NCBI GenBank assembly: GCA_964416665.1
Contig: CAYQFA010000001.1
Location: forward strand, 40,082-104,081
DNA length: 64,000 nucleotides
Reading direction: 5' to 3'
DNA from: an uncultured Candidatus Saccharibacteria bacterium
Lineage (GTDB): Bacteria > Patescibacteriota > Minisyncoccia > UBA6257 > 2-01-FULL-56-20
The notes under the pieces are model-generated. The model did no database searches. It was given only the letters and a program-made list of their open reading frames with translations, and was not told the DNA's origin. Made by a program: the position numbers and the translations under genes. The stretch's first letter is position 1; every line of letters starts with the position of its first letter. Shown piece by piece: positions 45,374 through 55,200 of this stretch.

Positions 45374-46663
45374 ATGACGAGAACAAGAAAAGCAACCATC
45401 ATTGCGATTGTCGTTGTTATTGTGGTGGTTTTTGGTGTCTGGTTGCGCAAGCCACACATCCCCGCCGCAGTAAGCAATCCTTTTATCACCTTTTGGCATG
45501 ACATCCGTTCGCCGCTCGTACCAAAGGGAGGTCGGAGTGTTTTATCTAATAATTCGTCGTCCTCCGCCACCGTCCTTTACCAACCCGACAATGATTATGA
45601 GGCGGCAGTGATCGCCGCAGTACAAAAGGCGTCGCCCGCCGTGGTCTCGATCACCGTTTCCGAGAATGTTCCCATTATAGAGAACTGCCCCGACAATTCT
45701 TTCGACCTTAACGGCCTTGACCCCGAATTCCAGCAACTTTTCGGAGACATTCTTCCGACATCAACGCCCTGCGACAGTGGAAAAACAGAATTTCAGGAAG
45801 TTGGCGGCGGAAGCGGCTTTATCATCTCTCCCAACGGACTGATCCTCACCAACAAACACGTGGTTTCGGACACGAATGCGTCCTATTCGGTGCTCACGAA
45901 CGACGGCAAGACCTACACTGCGAAAGTGCTCGCGCGCGATTCCAATCAGGACCTTGCCATTCTCAAGATCAATGCGACGGGATTGCCGACCGTGACGCTT
46001 GGTGACTCGAACGGCTTGCAGCTCGGCCAGACGGCGATTGCGATCGGCAATGCGCTTGGCCAGTTTTCCAACACCGTCTCGGTCGGCGTCGTTTCCGGAC
46101 TTTCCCGAACGGTCACTGCGGCTGCGCCCGATAGCGATATTCCGGAGACCATCACGGGCGTCATCCAGACCGATGCTGCCATCAATCCCGGCAATTCTGG
46201 CGGCCCACTGCTCGACCTGCGCGGCGAGGTGATCGGCATCGATACCGCTATCGCTTCCGATGCGCAAGATATCGGCTTTGCCATCCCCATCGATCAGGCG
46301 AAATCGGCCATAAGCTCAGTAGAAGCAACAGGGCAGATCCAGGTTCCCTATCTTGGCGTGCGATATGTTCCGGTGGATGCCGATCTTGCCACAAGCCAGA
46401 AGCTGCCGATAGCGTACGGCGCCCTCATCCGCGGCGACGCCGACGGTCCTGCGGTTGAGCCGGGATCACCGGCGGCAAAAGCCGGCATTCAGACCGGGGA
46501 CATCATTGAATCGGTGAGCGGGGAGAAGATCGACGCGGATCACGACCTCGGGAACATCATCGACCAATATAATGTGAGCAGTACGGTCGTTCTGGTGATC
46601 AACCGAAAGGGTAAGGAGATGACCATGCCGGTGGTCTTGGCCAAGCGGCCTGCCGGAATATAG
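45374..46663 (+). CDS. HtrA/DegP-family serine protease with PDZ domain
   Basis: Catalytic triad context TNKHVV…DLAILKI…GNSGGPLLD, an N-terminal TM anchor, and a C-terminal PDZ-like region. Confidence 0.8.
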   Translation: MTRTRKATIIAIVVVIVVVFGVWLRKPHIPAAVSNPFITFWHDIRSPLVPKGGRSVLSNNSSSSATVLYQPDNDYEAAVIAAVQKASPAVVSITVSENVPIIENCPDNSFDLNGLDPEFQQLFGDILPTSTPCDSGKTEFQEVGGGSGFIISPNGLILTNKHVVSDTNASYSVLTNDGKTYTAKVLARDSNQDLAILKINATGLPTVTLGDSNGLQLGQTAIAIGNALGQFSNTVSVGVVSGLSRTVTAAAPDSDIPETITGVIQTDAAINPGNSGGPLLDLRGEVIGIDTAIASDAQDIGFAIPIDQAKSAISSVEATGQIQVPYLGVRYVPVDADLATSQKLPIAYGALIRGDADGPAVEPGSPAAKAGIQTGDIIESVSGEKIDADHDLGNIIDQYNVSSTVVLVINRKGKEMTMPVVLAKRPAGI

Positions 46664-46695
46664 CGGGGTGGGTGATTAGCAATCTAGTGCTTCGA

Positions 46696-46724
46696 TTGAC
46701 AATGGGGTGCGACGAACCTATAAT
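46696..46724 (+). promoter_or_regulatory. perfect-consensus sigma70 promoter for clpB (leaderless)
   Basis: TTGACA (46696-46701), 17 nt, TATAAT (46719-46724). The clpB ATG at 46731 is only 6 nt downstream. Confidence 0.55.
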
Positions 46725-46730
46725 AACCTT

Positions 46731-49382
46731 ATGCCAAACTTTCACCGTTTTACTATAAAAGCACAGGAAGCGTTGCAGAATGCGCAAGAGATCGCGGCAA
46801 AAAAGAACCACGGCGAGCTGAAATCGCTTCATCTTCTGGCGGCGCTTTTGGAAGACGAGCAGTCGCTGGTCATTCCGGTGCTTGAGCGCTCCGGAGTCGA
46901 CCTTTCCAAACTCGATGAGCAAATAGAGGTGGAGCTCGACCGCATTCCTCCCATTCTTGCCAATTCTTCCGTCGGCCAATTGTATCTTTCTCAGGAGTTG
47001 ATGAAAGTGCTTGATCAGGCGGCAAAAATTGCCGCCCAGCAGAAAGACGAATTCGTTTCGTGCGAGCACCTTCTTTTGGCGTTGCTCGACGTCCAGGGTC
47101 CGACGAAATCTCTTTTGGAAAAATTCGGCGCAAAGCGCGAGCAGGCGTTTCGTGTTCTGGCCCAACTCCGCGGTTCGGTGCGTGTCACGGACGAGACGCC
47201 GGAGAGCAAGTTCCAGGTGCTTGAAAAATATGCGATCAACCTGAGCGATAAAGCGAAGGCCGGCCAGCTTGACCCGGTGATCGGCCGCGAGGAGGAACTG
47301 CGGCGGCTTATGCAGGTGCTTTCGCGCCGCACGAAGAACAATCCGTGCCTCATTGGTGAGCCGGGCGTCGGCAAGACCGCCATCGTGGAAGGCCTGGCCC
47401 AGCGTATCGCTTCCGGCGATGTTCCGGAGCTTTTGAAAGGTAAACAGGTTTTGATGCTCGATTTGGGATCTCTTATCGCCGGAACGAAGTTCCGTGGCGA
47501 GTTCGAGGACCGTTTAAAGGCTTTTGTAAAAGAAGTGAAGAACGCTGCCGGACAGATCATCTTGTTTATAGATGAAATTCACACCATCGTTGGTGCCGGC
47601 GCCGCTGAAGGTGCGATCGATGCCTCGAACTTATTGAAGCCCGCGCTCGCGCGTGGCGAATTGCATGCCATCGGCGCAACCACCATTCGTGAATATCAGA
47701 AATATATAGAGAAGGATCCCGCGCTTGAGCGGCGCTTCCAGCCGATCACCGTCGAAGAGCCTTCTATTGAGGACTCCATCGCCATTTTGCGTGGTCTTAA
47801 GGAAAAATATGAGATCCATCACGGCATGCGCATCAGCGACGAGGCGATCATCGAGGCGGTCAATCTTTCTGCGCGGTATATCACCGATCGCTTTTTGCCC
47901 GATAAAGCCGTTGACCTCATAGACGAGGCCGCTGCTGCACGAAGATTGGAATCGGAAAGTTTGCCGAAGGAGATCGACAGGATTCGTCGTGAGATAACGC
48001 GGTTGGAGGTGGAGAAACAATCGCTTTCAAAGGAAGGGCAAAAAAGCGTTGCGCGCTTGAAGGAGATCGATGGCCACCTTGCGAAGCTGAAAGAGGAAAA
48101 CGACGAGCTTTCAAGTAAATGGCATTCGGAGAAAATAAAATTCGAGACCCTGCATCAGCTTCGCCAGAAAGTTGATAATTTGAAGCGCGAGGCGGAAGTT
48201 GCCGAGCGCGAGGCGAACCTTGAGCGCGTGGCAGAGATCATTTACGGCGAGTTGCCTGCGGCGGAAAAGGATTTCCAGATATTTGAAAAGAAAAACTTCG
48301 GCGCTACCGCCACCAAGCGGGCCCGGGCCGGTGGTAAAGTTCCGGATGATCGCTTCCTTAAGGAGGCGGTGGACAAGGAGGATGTTGCGGCGGTGGTCGC
48401 CGTGTGGACTGGCATCCCACTGAAGCGGATGCTTGAGACGGACACTGAAAAGCTTATTCACATCGAGGAGGTGTTGCACGAACGGGTGGTCGGACAGGAA
48501 GAGGGGATCGGCGCCGTTGCGTCCGCACTCCGCCGTGCACGGGCAGGGCTTTCTGACGCCAATCGTCCCATTGGATCGTTCATGTTCCTCGGTCCTACGG
48601 GCGTTGGTAAGACCGAGCTTGCCCGCGCCCTCGCGGAATTGATGTTCAACGACGAAAAGGCCCTTATTCGCGTGGACATGTCCGAATATATGGAACGTCA
48701 CGCGGTCAGTCGCCTTGTCGGTTCGCCGCCTGGCTATGTGGGACACGAGGAAGGCGGCCAGCTTACCGAAATGATCAGGCATCGTCCTTATAGCGTCATT
48801 CTTTTTGATGAGATCGAGAAGGCCCATCCCGAAGTATTCAATTTACTTTTGCAGGTGCTTGATAACGGCCGCCTCACCGACAGCAAGGGCAAAACGGTGA
48901 ACTTCAAGAATTCCATCATCATTATGACCTCGAACGTCGGCAGCGAATATTTGAAGGCGATGTCCCGCATCGGATTCAGCACTGACGGCGGTGATGCTTC
49001 CCATCAGGAGAGCGATTATCGGGAGAAGGTCATGGAAGCGCTCAAATCGGGTTTCCGGCCGGAGTTTTTGAACCGCATCGACGAGATCGTTATATTCAGA
49101 CCCCTTCGCAAGGCGGACATTGAGAAGATCGTGGATATCCAGATCAAGCTTATCGAAAGCCGCCTTGCCGAGCGGAATATCAAGCTTGCCATCGAACCCG
49201 CCGCCCGTGCTTATCTCTCCAAAGAGGGATTCAGCGCCGAATTCGGTGCCCGACCCTTGAAGCGTCTCATCCAGAAGGTTATCCTTGATAGGTTGGCGGA
49301 CAAGATCATTCGTGGGGAATTCAAAGACGGGGGGAGGGTGAAGGTGAATTTCAAAGCGAATGCGCTTACGTTCACGCCGTAA
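46731..49382 (+). CDS. clpB: ATP-dependent chaperone ClpB
   Basis: Two AAA+ modules ([15 protein letters not shown] and [15 protein letters not shown]) and a long middle coiled-coil. ATG at 46731 (MPNFHRF…). Confidence 0.9.
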   Translation: MPNFHRFTIKAQEALQNAQEIAAKKNHGELKSLHLLAALLEDEQSLVIPVLERSGVDLSKLDEQIEVELDRIPPILANSSVGQLYLSQELMKVLDQAAKIAAQQKDEFVSCEHLLLALLDVQGPTKSLLEKFGAKREQAFRVLAQLRGSVRVTDETPESKFQVLEKYAINLSDKAKAGQLDPVIGREEELRRLMQVLSRRTKNNPCLIGEPGVGKTAIVEGLAQRIASGDVPELLKGKQVLMLDLGSLIAGTKFRGEFEDRLKAFVKEVKNAAGQIILFIDEIHTIVGAGAAEGAIDASNLLKPALARGELHAIGATTIREYQKYIEKDPALERRFQPITVEEPSIEDSIAILRGLKEKYEIHHGMRISDEAIIEAVNLSARYITDRFLPDKAVDLIDEAAAARRLESESLPKEIDRIRREITRLEVEKQSLSKEGQKSVARLKEIDGHLAKLKEENDELSSKWHSEKIKFETLHQLRQKVDNLKREAEVAEREANLERVAEIIYGELPAAEKDFQIFEKKNFGATATKRARAGGKVPDDRFLKEAVDKEDVAAVVAVWTGIPLKRMLETDTEKLIHIEEVLHERVVGQEEGIGAVASALRRARAGLSDANRPIGSFMFLGPTGVGKTELARALAELMFNDEKALIRVDMSEYMERHAVSRLVGSPPGYVGHEEGGQLTEMIRHRPYSVILFDEIEKAHPEVFNLLLQVLDNGRLTDSKGKTVNFKNSIIIMTSNVGSEYLKAMSRIGFSTDGGDASHQESDYREKVMEALKSGFRPEFLNRIDEIVIFRPLRKADIEKIVDIQIKLIESRLAERNIKLAIEPAARAYLSKEGFSAEFGARPLKRLIQKVILDRLADKIIRGEFKDGGRVKVNFKANALTFTP

Positions 49383-49385
49383 ATA

Positions 49386-50129
49386 ATGCCACTGCGCAAA
49401 CTGCGGGCGCTAAAATCCAAGGCGATCTCCATGCGCGGCTCCCTTATAAGGGCCGGCGTCTTTGCGGTCGCCTGGATGATCCTCCCGTGGTGGCTGTTCA
49501 TCCCCGTTGCGCTCTACCTCTATTTCGTCCCCTTATCCCAGGCAAAGATCGCGGTCGCGCCATTTATTACCCTCTTAGCGCTTTGTTTTGTTCAGCCGAC
49601 AGGATGGTGTGCCGCCGTCATCTTCGGCGTCATCTTTTTATATGTTCTCCTCATCAAAGACCTCTATATCATTAACAGGAAGTCCGCTTATGAGATGCTC
49701 TCGCTTATCCTTATGTTCCTTCTCGTGAGGATTTTTTATCTTGATATGGCTGGGCAGGCCGGAGTCTTTTCCATTTTGTGCGCGTTTGTTGTTGCGGCGC
49801 TGTTCGCAAGCCTCGTCAGTGGCTTTGTAAGCCATTTTTCTCCCGACGCCGGGGCGCCGGTAGCGGATGCGACCACGCAAAAACCCCTTCGGCGCACCAC
49901 AACGCTCATTGCCCTTCTTCTCTTCTTCCAATTTCTTATCGTAGGACTTTTCCTTCCGCTGGATTTCATTTATCAATCGGTGGTCGTCTTTCTGATCGGT
50001 ACGCTCATCATCGAGTTCTTCCCGTATTACCTTTTCGGAACCTTTTCGCGTACCAAGCTGCTTACCACCTCAAGCGTCGTATTCACTTTGCTTGTGCTGG
50101 TACTTGGCTCAGCTCGCTGGGGATTGTAG
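49386..50129 (+). CDS. hypothetical polytopic membrane protein
   Basis: About 7 hydrophobic helices, no recognisable motifs. The ATG lies 3 nt after the clpB stop. Confidence 0.35.
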   Translation: MPLRKLRALKSKAISMRGSLIRAGVFAVAWMILPWWLFIPVALYLYFVPLSQAKIAVAPFITLLALCFVQPTGWCAAVIFGVIFLYVLLIKDLYIINRKSAYEMLSLILMFLLVRIFYLDMAGQAGVFSILCAFVVAALFASLVSGFVSHFSPDAGAPVADATTQKPLRRTTTLIALLLFFQFLIVGLFLPLDFIYQSVVVFLIGTLIIEFFPYYLFGTFSRTKLLTTSSVVFTLLVLVLGSARWGL

Positions 50130-50138
50130 AATAGAGAT

Positions 50139-50945
50139 ATGAAAAAAATCACCAAATTGGTACTGCCCATTGCCGGGCTCGGCAAACGCCTGCTTCCTCT
50201 TACTGCGATAACTCCAAAGAATCTCATTCCCGTGAATGGCAAACCCATTTTGGAGTATGTCCTTGAAGAGGCGGTTGCGAGCAAGATAAAAGAGGTGATA
50301 CTTATCATCAATCCCAAACACCTTAAGGATTTCAAGGCGTATCTTGCAAAGAACAAGAAGCGGTTTCCCACGCTTACGTTCCATATCCGCATCCAGGAAA
50401 CGCCGGGCGGAAATGGCCATGCGATCGCTCAGGCTTATGATCTCGTGAAAGGCGAGCCTTTCGCGGTACGTTTCTGTGATGATGTGCTTTCGGGCGAGCC
50501 GGCTGCACTTCCGGCGCTCCTTGAGATCTTCAAAAAATATCAGGCGTCGGTGGTGCTTCTGGAAGCGGTTCCCAAGGCTGATGTCTCGCGGTTCGGGGTC
50601 GTTGGGTTTGAAAAGGGGAAGGCGGCAACGGCCTCCTTCGCTGGCGGGACCATTTATAAAATAAACAAGATAATTGAAAAGCCAAAAACGAAAGACGCAC
50701 CTTCGAATTTGATCATCGTCGGCGGTTATGTGCTTACCCCGGACATACTCCGCAATCTAAAAATGGTTGCCGATACTTTGCCGGTCGTTGCCGACGATGC
50801 GTTGCCGCTCGCGGTGGCGCTGCAGATCGAATTGATCGTTAAGGGCAGAATTTATGGCTGGGAATTTCCCGGCAAGCGCCTTGATTGCGGCACGTTGGAA
50901 AAGTTGCAGCAAACGGAAGAATACCTGAGAAACAACAAGCAGTAA
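50139..50945 (+). CDS. galU: UTP-glucose-1-phosphate uridylyltransferase-like nucleotidyltransferase
   Basis: N-terminus KLVLPIAGLGKRLLPLTAITPKNLIPV and a GalU-like body. Confidence 0.65.
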   Translation: MKKITKLVLPIAGLGKRLLPLTAITPKNLIPVNGKPILEYVLEEAVASKIKEVILIINPKHLKDFKAYLAKNKKRFPTLTFHIRIQETPGGNGHAIAQAYDLVKGEPFAVRFCDDVLSGEPAALPALLEIFKKYQASVVLLEAVPKADVSRFGVVGFEKGKAATASFAGGTIYKINKIIEKPKTKDAPSNLIIVGGYVLTPDILRNLKMVADTLPVVADDALPLAVALQIELIVKGRIYGWEFPGKRLDCGTLEKLQQTEEYLRNNKQ

Positions 50946-51026
50946 TCCGGCAAAACAAAACAGTCCCTTTCCGGCTCGTGATGAGAATAATTCGCCGGAA
51001 AGGGACTGTTTTGTTTTGCCGGATTA
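50941..51026 (+). repeat. perfect 34-bp palindrome IR1 with an asymmetric 18-nt centre
   Basis: GTAATCCGGCAAAACAAAACAGTCCCTTTCCGGC - TCGTGATGAGAATAATTC - GCCGGAAAGGGACTGTTTTGTTTTGCCGGATTAC. The first arm contains the galU stop codon. Confidence 0.7.
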
Positions 51027-51089
51027 CTGCTTTATTTTCTTTAGGTTCTTCCGTTTGCTGCAACTTTATCTTTCCGGCAAAGCCATACG

Positions 51090-51179
51090 GCAATTGCAGG
51101 ATAGCAAGGAGAATGGCTTTCCGGCGAATTATTCTCATCACGAGCCGGAAAGCCATTCTCCTTGCTATCCTGCAATTGC
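51090..51179 (+). repeat. perfect 36-bp palindrome IR2 with the same 36-nt core as IR1 in opposite orientation
   Basis: GCAATTGCAGGATAGCAAGGAGAATGGCTTTCCGGC - GAATTATTCTCATCACGA - GCCGGAAAGCCATTCTCCTTGCTATCCTGCAATTGC. The centre is the reverse complement of the IR1 centre. Confidence 0.7.
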
Positions 51180-51181
51180 TA

Positions 51182-51190
51182 TGGTATAAT
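51182..51190 (+). promoter_or_regulatory. extended -10 element (TGGTATAAT) 6 nt upstream of the regulator ATG
   Basis: TGGTATAAT followed by CCGGCA-ATG. It is identical to the box upstream of recA. Confidence 0.4.
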
Positions 51191-51196
51191 CCGGCA

Positions 51197-51862
51197 ATGC
51201 TAGAGAACGGCAAGGATCGCTTTATTTTTACGAAATCTTATGAGATTGCTTACGCCTTGTTTCGTATGGCAGGGCAAATTGAAGAAAAGGATTTTTCCGA
51301 AAGGCTGAGGGTGCTTGGGGGATCGTTGCTTCAGGCTTCGGCAGGGCAGGATTACGTCGAGGCGAGCAAATCATTGCAAATGATCGAGTGTCTGGCAAAG
51401 TTCGCGGGAGATGTGAACATAATTAGCTCGGCGAACTCTAATATCTTCCTTGGGGAGATATACACACTCGATGCGGCAATTATAGAGTACCGCAATGCGG
51501 CAAATAACGACCGGCTGAACTTGTCGGATATCTTTTCCAAAACCGAACCGGAAGTGACCCCTCCGCCGGTGGTTTATGATAATCCGGCAAACAATAATCC
51601 GGCAATGGAAATTGCCGCAAGCGAGATGCCGGTAGCCGATAGTGCGGCAAATAATATGAAAGCGGAAATGCGGCAATCTACCATCGTGGAAAGAATCCGG
51701 CAATCCGGCAATTGCCGCTTGAAGGATATCAGGGAACTTTTGCCGGATACCAGCGAGCGGACCATCCGATATGACCTTCAATCCCTTCTCGAGAAGAACC
51801 TTATCGAGCGGGTAGGGGATGGAGGGCCGTCGGTGTTTTATCGGTTGCGGGAGTTGGCATAG
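51197..51862 (+). CDS. putative transcriptional regulator: N-terminal helical domain, low-complexity linker, C-terminal DeoR-type winged HTH
   Basis: The C-terminus STIVERIRQSGNCRLKDIRELLPDTSERTIRYDLQSLLEKNLIERV is DeoR-HTH-like. ATG at 51197; the track ORF starts earlier, inside the palindromes. The linker DNA carries the AATCCGGCAA repeats. Confidence 0.45.
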   Translation: MLENGKDRFIFTKSYEIAYALFRMAGQIEEKDFSERLRVLGGSLLQASAGQDYVEASKSLQMIECLAKFAGDVNIISSANSNIFLGEIYTLDAAIIEYRNAANNDRLNLSDIFSKTEPEVTPPPVVYDNPANNNPAMEIAASEMPVADSAANNMKAEMRQSTIVERIRQSGNCRLKDIRELLPDTSERTIRYDLQSLLEKNLIERVGDGGPSVFYRLRELA

Positions 51863-51916
51863 GGGCAGTTTCGGCGGTAACTTTTTATTTTCCGCCGCGT
51901 TGTATATAATGATTCA

Positions 51917-52026
51917 AGGTTCGGTGTGAGGCTGAACCGCCAGTGTTTTCCATTGATCGCAACCGCCTGTTTTTCGTAGTGGTATTGCGCTCATAATTCA
52001 GCCTCGCCCAAAAGCGAGTTTTTTCT
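51917..52026 (+). ncRNA. candidate ~110-nt small RNA or structured 5' leader upstream of the giant surface-protein gene
   Basis: TATATAAT -10 box at 51903-51910 (TATAAT hexamer 51905-51910). Internal hairpin GGTTCGGTGTGAGGCTGAACC. Intrinsic terminator CTCGC-CCAAAA-GCGAG followed by TTTTTTC at 52001-52026. Confidence 0.3.
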
Positions 52027-52205
52027 TTATTTAGCTATAACCCCGTTTTCTGCGCACTCTCCGTTTGCAACCCTCACTTGCGAATTGAGCGATGCGCCGG
52101 CAACGGCGCCCAGAATAAAATTGGTATACGGAAAGGTCGACGGCTAAAGAATTCGGAAAAGAATTCTTAGGTCGATAACTTAAAAAAATCGAAATAAAAA
52201 TTAAA

Positions 52206-55200
52206 ATGAGCATAAATAAAAAATTGGTTTCAGCAGTTCTTACTGCCACCACGATTTCGTGGGCGGTCGGTATCGCTGCGTTGCCTCTCGCTCAAGCACA
52301 GACCACGACGAGCCTTCAGTCTCAGATCGCAGCCTTGCTTGCGCAGATCCAACAGCTTCAGGGCCAATTGAATTCTTCGGGAACGCCGGCAATGGCGACG
52401 ACCTCGTATGCCTTCACCAAAAACCTCACAGTTGGTTCGAAGGGTGCGGACGTCACAGCGCTCCAGCAGATTTTGATCAATGGCGGATACTTGACAGCGG
52501 TCTCAGCTCCGACCGGATACTTCGGGTCAGCGACCCAGAAGGCTTTGGCGGCGTTCCAGGCTGCGAAGGGTATCACCCCCTCAGCAGGTTATTTCGGTCC
52601 TAAGACCATGGCGTATCTTGCGTCCAATGGTACGACGACCACAACGACGACGACAACCACGACAGGTGGTACGACGACCACAACGACGACAGGAACCGGT
52701 ACGACAGTTGTCGCTCCGGCAACTGGCATGTCGGTCAGCTTGGCTTCCACCAATCCGGCCGCCGGCTCTTTGATCTCAAGCGCAAGCGCGGGATCATCGC
52801 GCGTCCCGGTTTTGGCAGTGAGCTTCACTGCAGGAACCGCGGGTCCGGTAACCCTCTCTAGTGTGAGCTTCCAGAAGACTGGAGTTCTTTCTGATAGCGC
52901 AGTCGCTGGCGCCTACCTTACCCAGAACGGTCAGGTTCTCGCCCAGTACAACTCGCTTAACTCGGGCTTGTTGAGCTTCTCCGGTTTGAACTTGTCGATT
53001 CCGGCAGGTCAGACGGTAACTCTCACGCTCGCGATCGACGTTTCTGCAAATCTTTCCGCGGGTAACACCACTGGCTTCGCTTTAGAGAGCGCGTCGGCGA
53101 TTTCCGCGTTTGATAGCAATAACGCCGCGGTCACTCCGGCCGGTTCGTTCCCGTTGACGGGCAGTACCTTCACGGTGACGAGCGTAACGAATCCTTCCCT
53201 TGCATACGTGACGATCGCCTCGTCCTCAATTGGAACGACGGTGACGGCTGGTACGCAGGGAAACATCGTTGGTTCTTGGAACTTTACGGTGAACAACAGC
53301 CCTGTCTACCTTCAGAATCTTAACTTCCACGTTATTGGTTCCGCGAATGTCACGAACATTCAGAACGTGAAGTTGATGGTGAACGGTACGCAGGTTGGTC
53401 AGACATTGTCTTCGGTCCCGGCATCGGGCTTGGCCGACTTCAGTGCAACGGGTTCAGCGATCAAGTTGAACACGGGTTCGAACAATGTTCAGGTTGTGGC
53501 TGATGTCACAGGATCCCCGAGCGACTACTTCCAGTTCGAGATCTTGAACGGATATGACGTCTTGGCAATCGACAGCCAGTACAACGTCCCCATCTCGGTA
53601 ACGAACAATGGTGGCGTCGGTACGCAGGTTGCGATCCAGGTCGGTCAGATCACGATCAACCAGGATGCAAATACCCCGACGGGTAACATTGCAAAGGGCC
53701 AGTCCGCGGTAGTGTTGGCTAAGTACGACATCTACGCAGCGGGCGAGCCGGTCAAGGTGAAATTCCTCGACTTCAACATCGTATTGGGTGGTGCGAGCGG
53801 TCAGGCTCTCAGCAATGAGATCCAGAACGTCGCCATCACGGATGATGCGGGTAACCAGGTGGGCACCAGCATCAACCAGCCTCCGTCCAGCAATGTTTGT
53901 CAGGCTACGAACGCCGTTGCATCGTATAACACGGTCAGCGACACGTACTCCGACTGCTTTGGTACGCCGTCTTCGCCGATCAATTACATTGTTCCGGCGA
54001 ACACGACCCGCATCCTTAGCTTGAAGGCTGACATCCAGACTGGCGCGAGCTTCAATACCATCACTGCGAACTTGTCGGGTGATACCGGCAACTTGCAGGG
54101 TATGACGTCAAGCCAGATCGGTAACACCGCTGGTGCTACCGGTGTCTCCTTGACACTCGTTTCTTCGAGCTTGTCGGTATCTCAGAACAACGCTTTGGGA
54201 ACCCAGAGCGTCTCTGCTGGTACGACGAACCTCAAGATCGGTTCATATGCGTTCAGCGCTTCTTCGGCTGAAGGCGTAAATGTGAACACGGTCACCGTCA
54301 AACTCACCCCGGACAGCACCTTGTCTGCTTTCCAGAATCTCAAACTTTTTGTGAATGGAACGCAGTTTGGTACGACCCAGGGTGTGTTGAGCGGTGAGAC
54401 GAACTATGCGTTCTCTGGTACGGCGTTCAATGTTCCGGCCGGTCAGACCGTGAATGTTGACGTGTATGCCGACACCTTGTCCGCTGCAACGGGTACCTAC
54501 ACCCCTGCGACGAGCTTGGTTGGCTACTCGGGTACTGGCGCGACATCGTTCACTTCGGTGAACATTCCTGCCAACACCACGTACACTGGCCAGACGGTGA
54601 ACTTCAGCGGTCAGCCCGCCATCACGATTGCTGCAGACTCGAGCAATCCTCCGGCTGGTATCATCGTTCAGAACACCTCGGGCAATACGCTTGCGGTCTT
54701 CCGCTTCACGGAAACCTCGAACGTTGAGAACGTGAAAGTCACGCAGTTGAATGTCTTGGACAAAGTCCAGACGACCTCGCTTCTCGGAAATGGCCAGTCG
54801 AAGACCTTGGCCGCGTTCAGCAATGTCAGCTTGTGGAATGGTTCACAGGAACTCGGCACTGCCGCTTCGCCGGTCTGGGATGCTTCGAATGGCGGTTACG
54901 ACTACAACTTCAACAGCTTCACCAATGCGTTAGTGGTTCCGCAGGGCAATTCGGTCTCGCTCACCCTTAAGGGCGATGCAGGATCGTACACCAACGGTTC
55001 ACTCTCCGATAACACCACCTCGACCTTCGAGATCGTGCAAACGGGCGCTGGCAGCAACTATGTTGCTGCGACAGCGGCATCAAGCACCCTTACGGTCAAT
55101 ATGCCGTCATTGCTTGCTGCGGGTAACTACTCGTATTACGTGACTGTCAACGGAATAACGTCTCCGGCTCAGACCTTTACGGCTGCTGGCGTTTCGTCAA

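Noticed and set aside
47015-48827. 181-aa and 238-aa ORFs on the - strand
   Set aside because: Antisense to clpB. Shadow frames.
50941-51179. Invertible promoter switch (fim/hin-like) controlling the downstream genes
   Set aside because: Inverted copies of a 36-nt core do flank a 115-bp segment. But no serine or tyrosine recombinase gene is present in the window, and each copy is itself a full palindrome, unlike known invertase substrates. Kept only as an open possibility.
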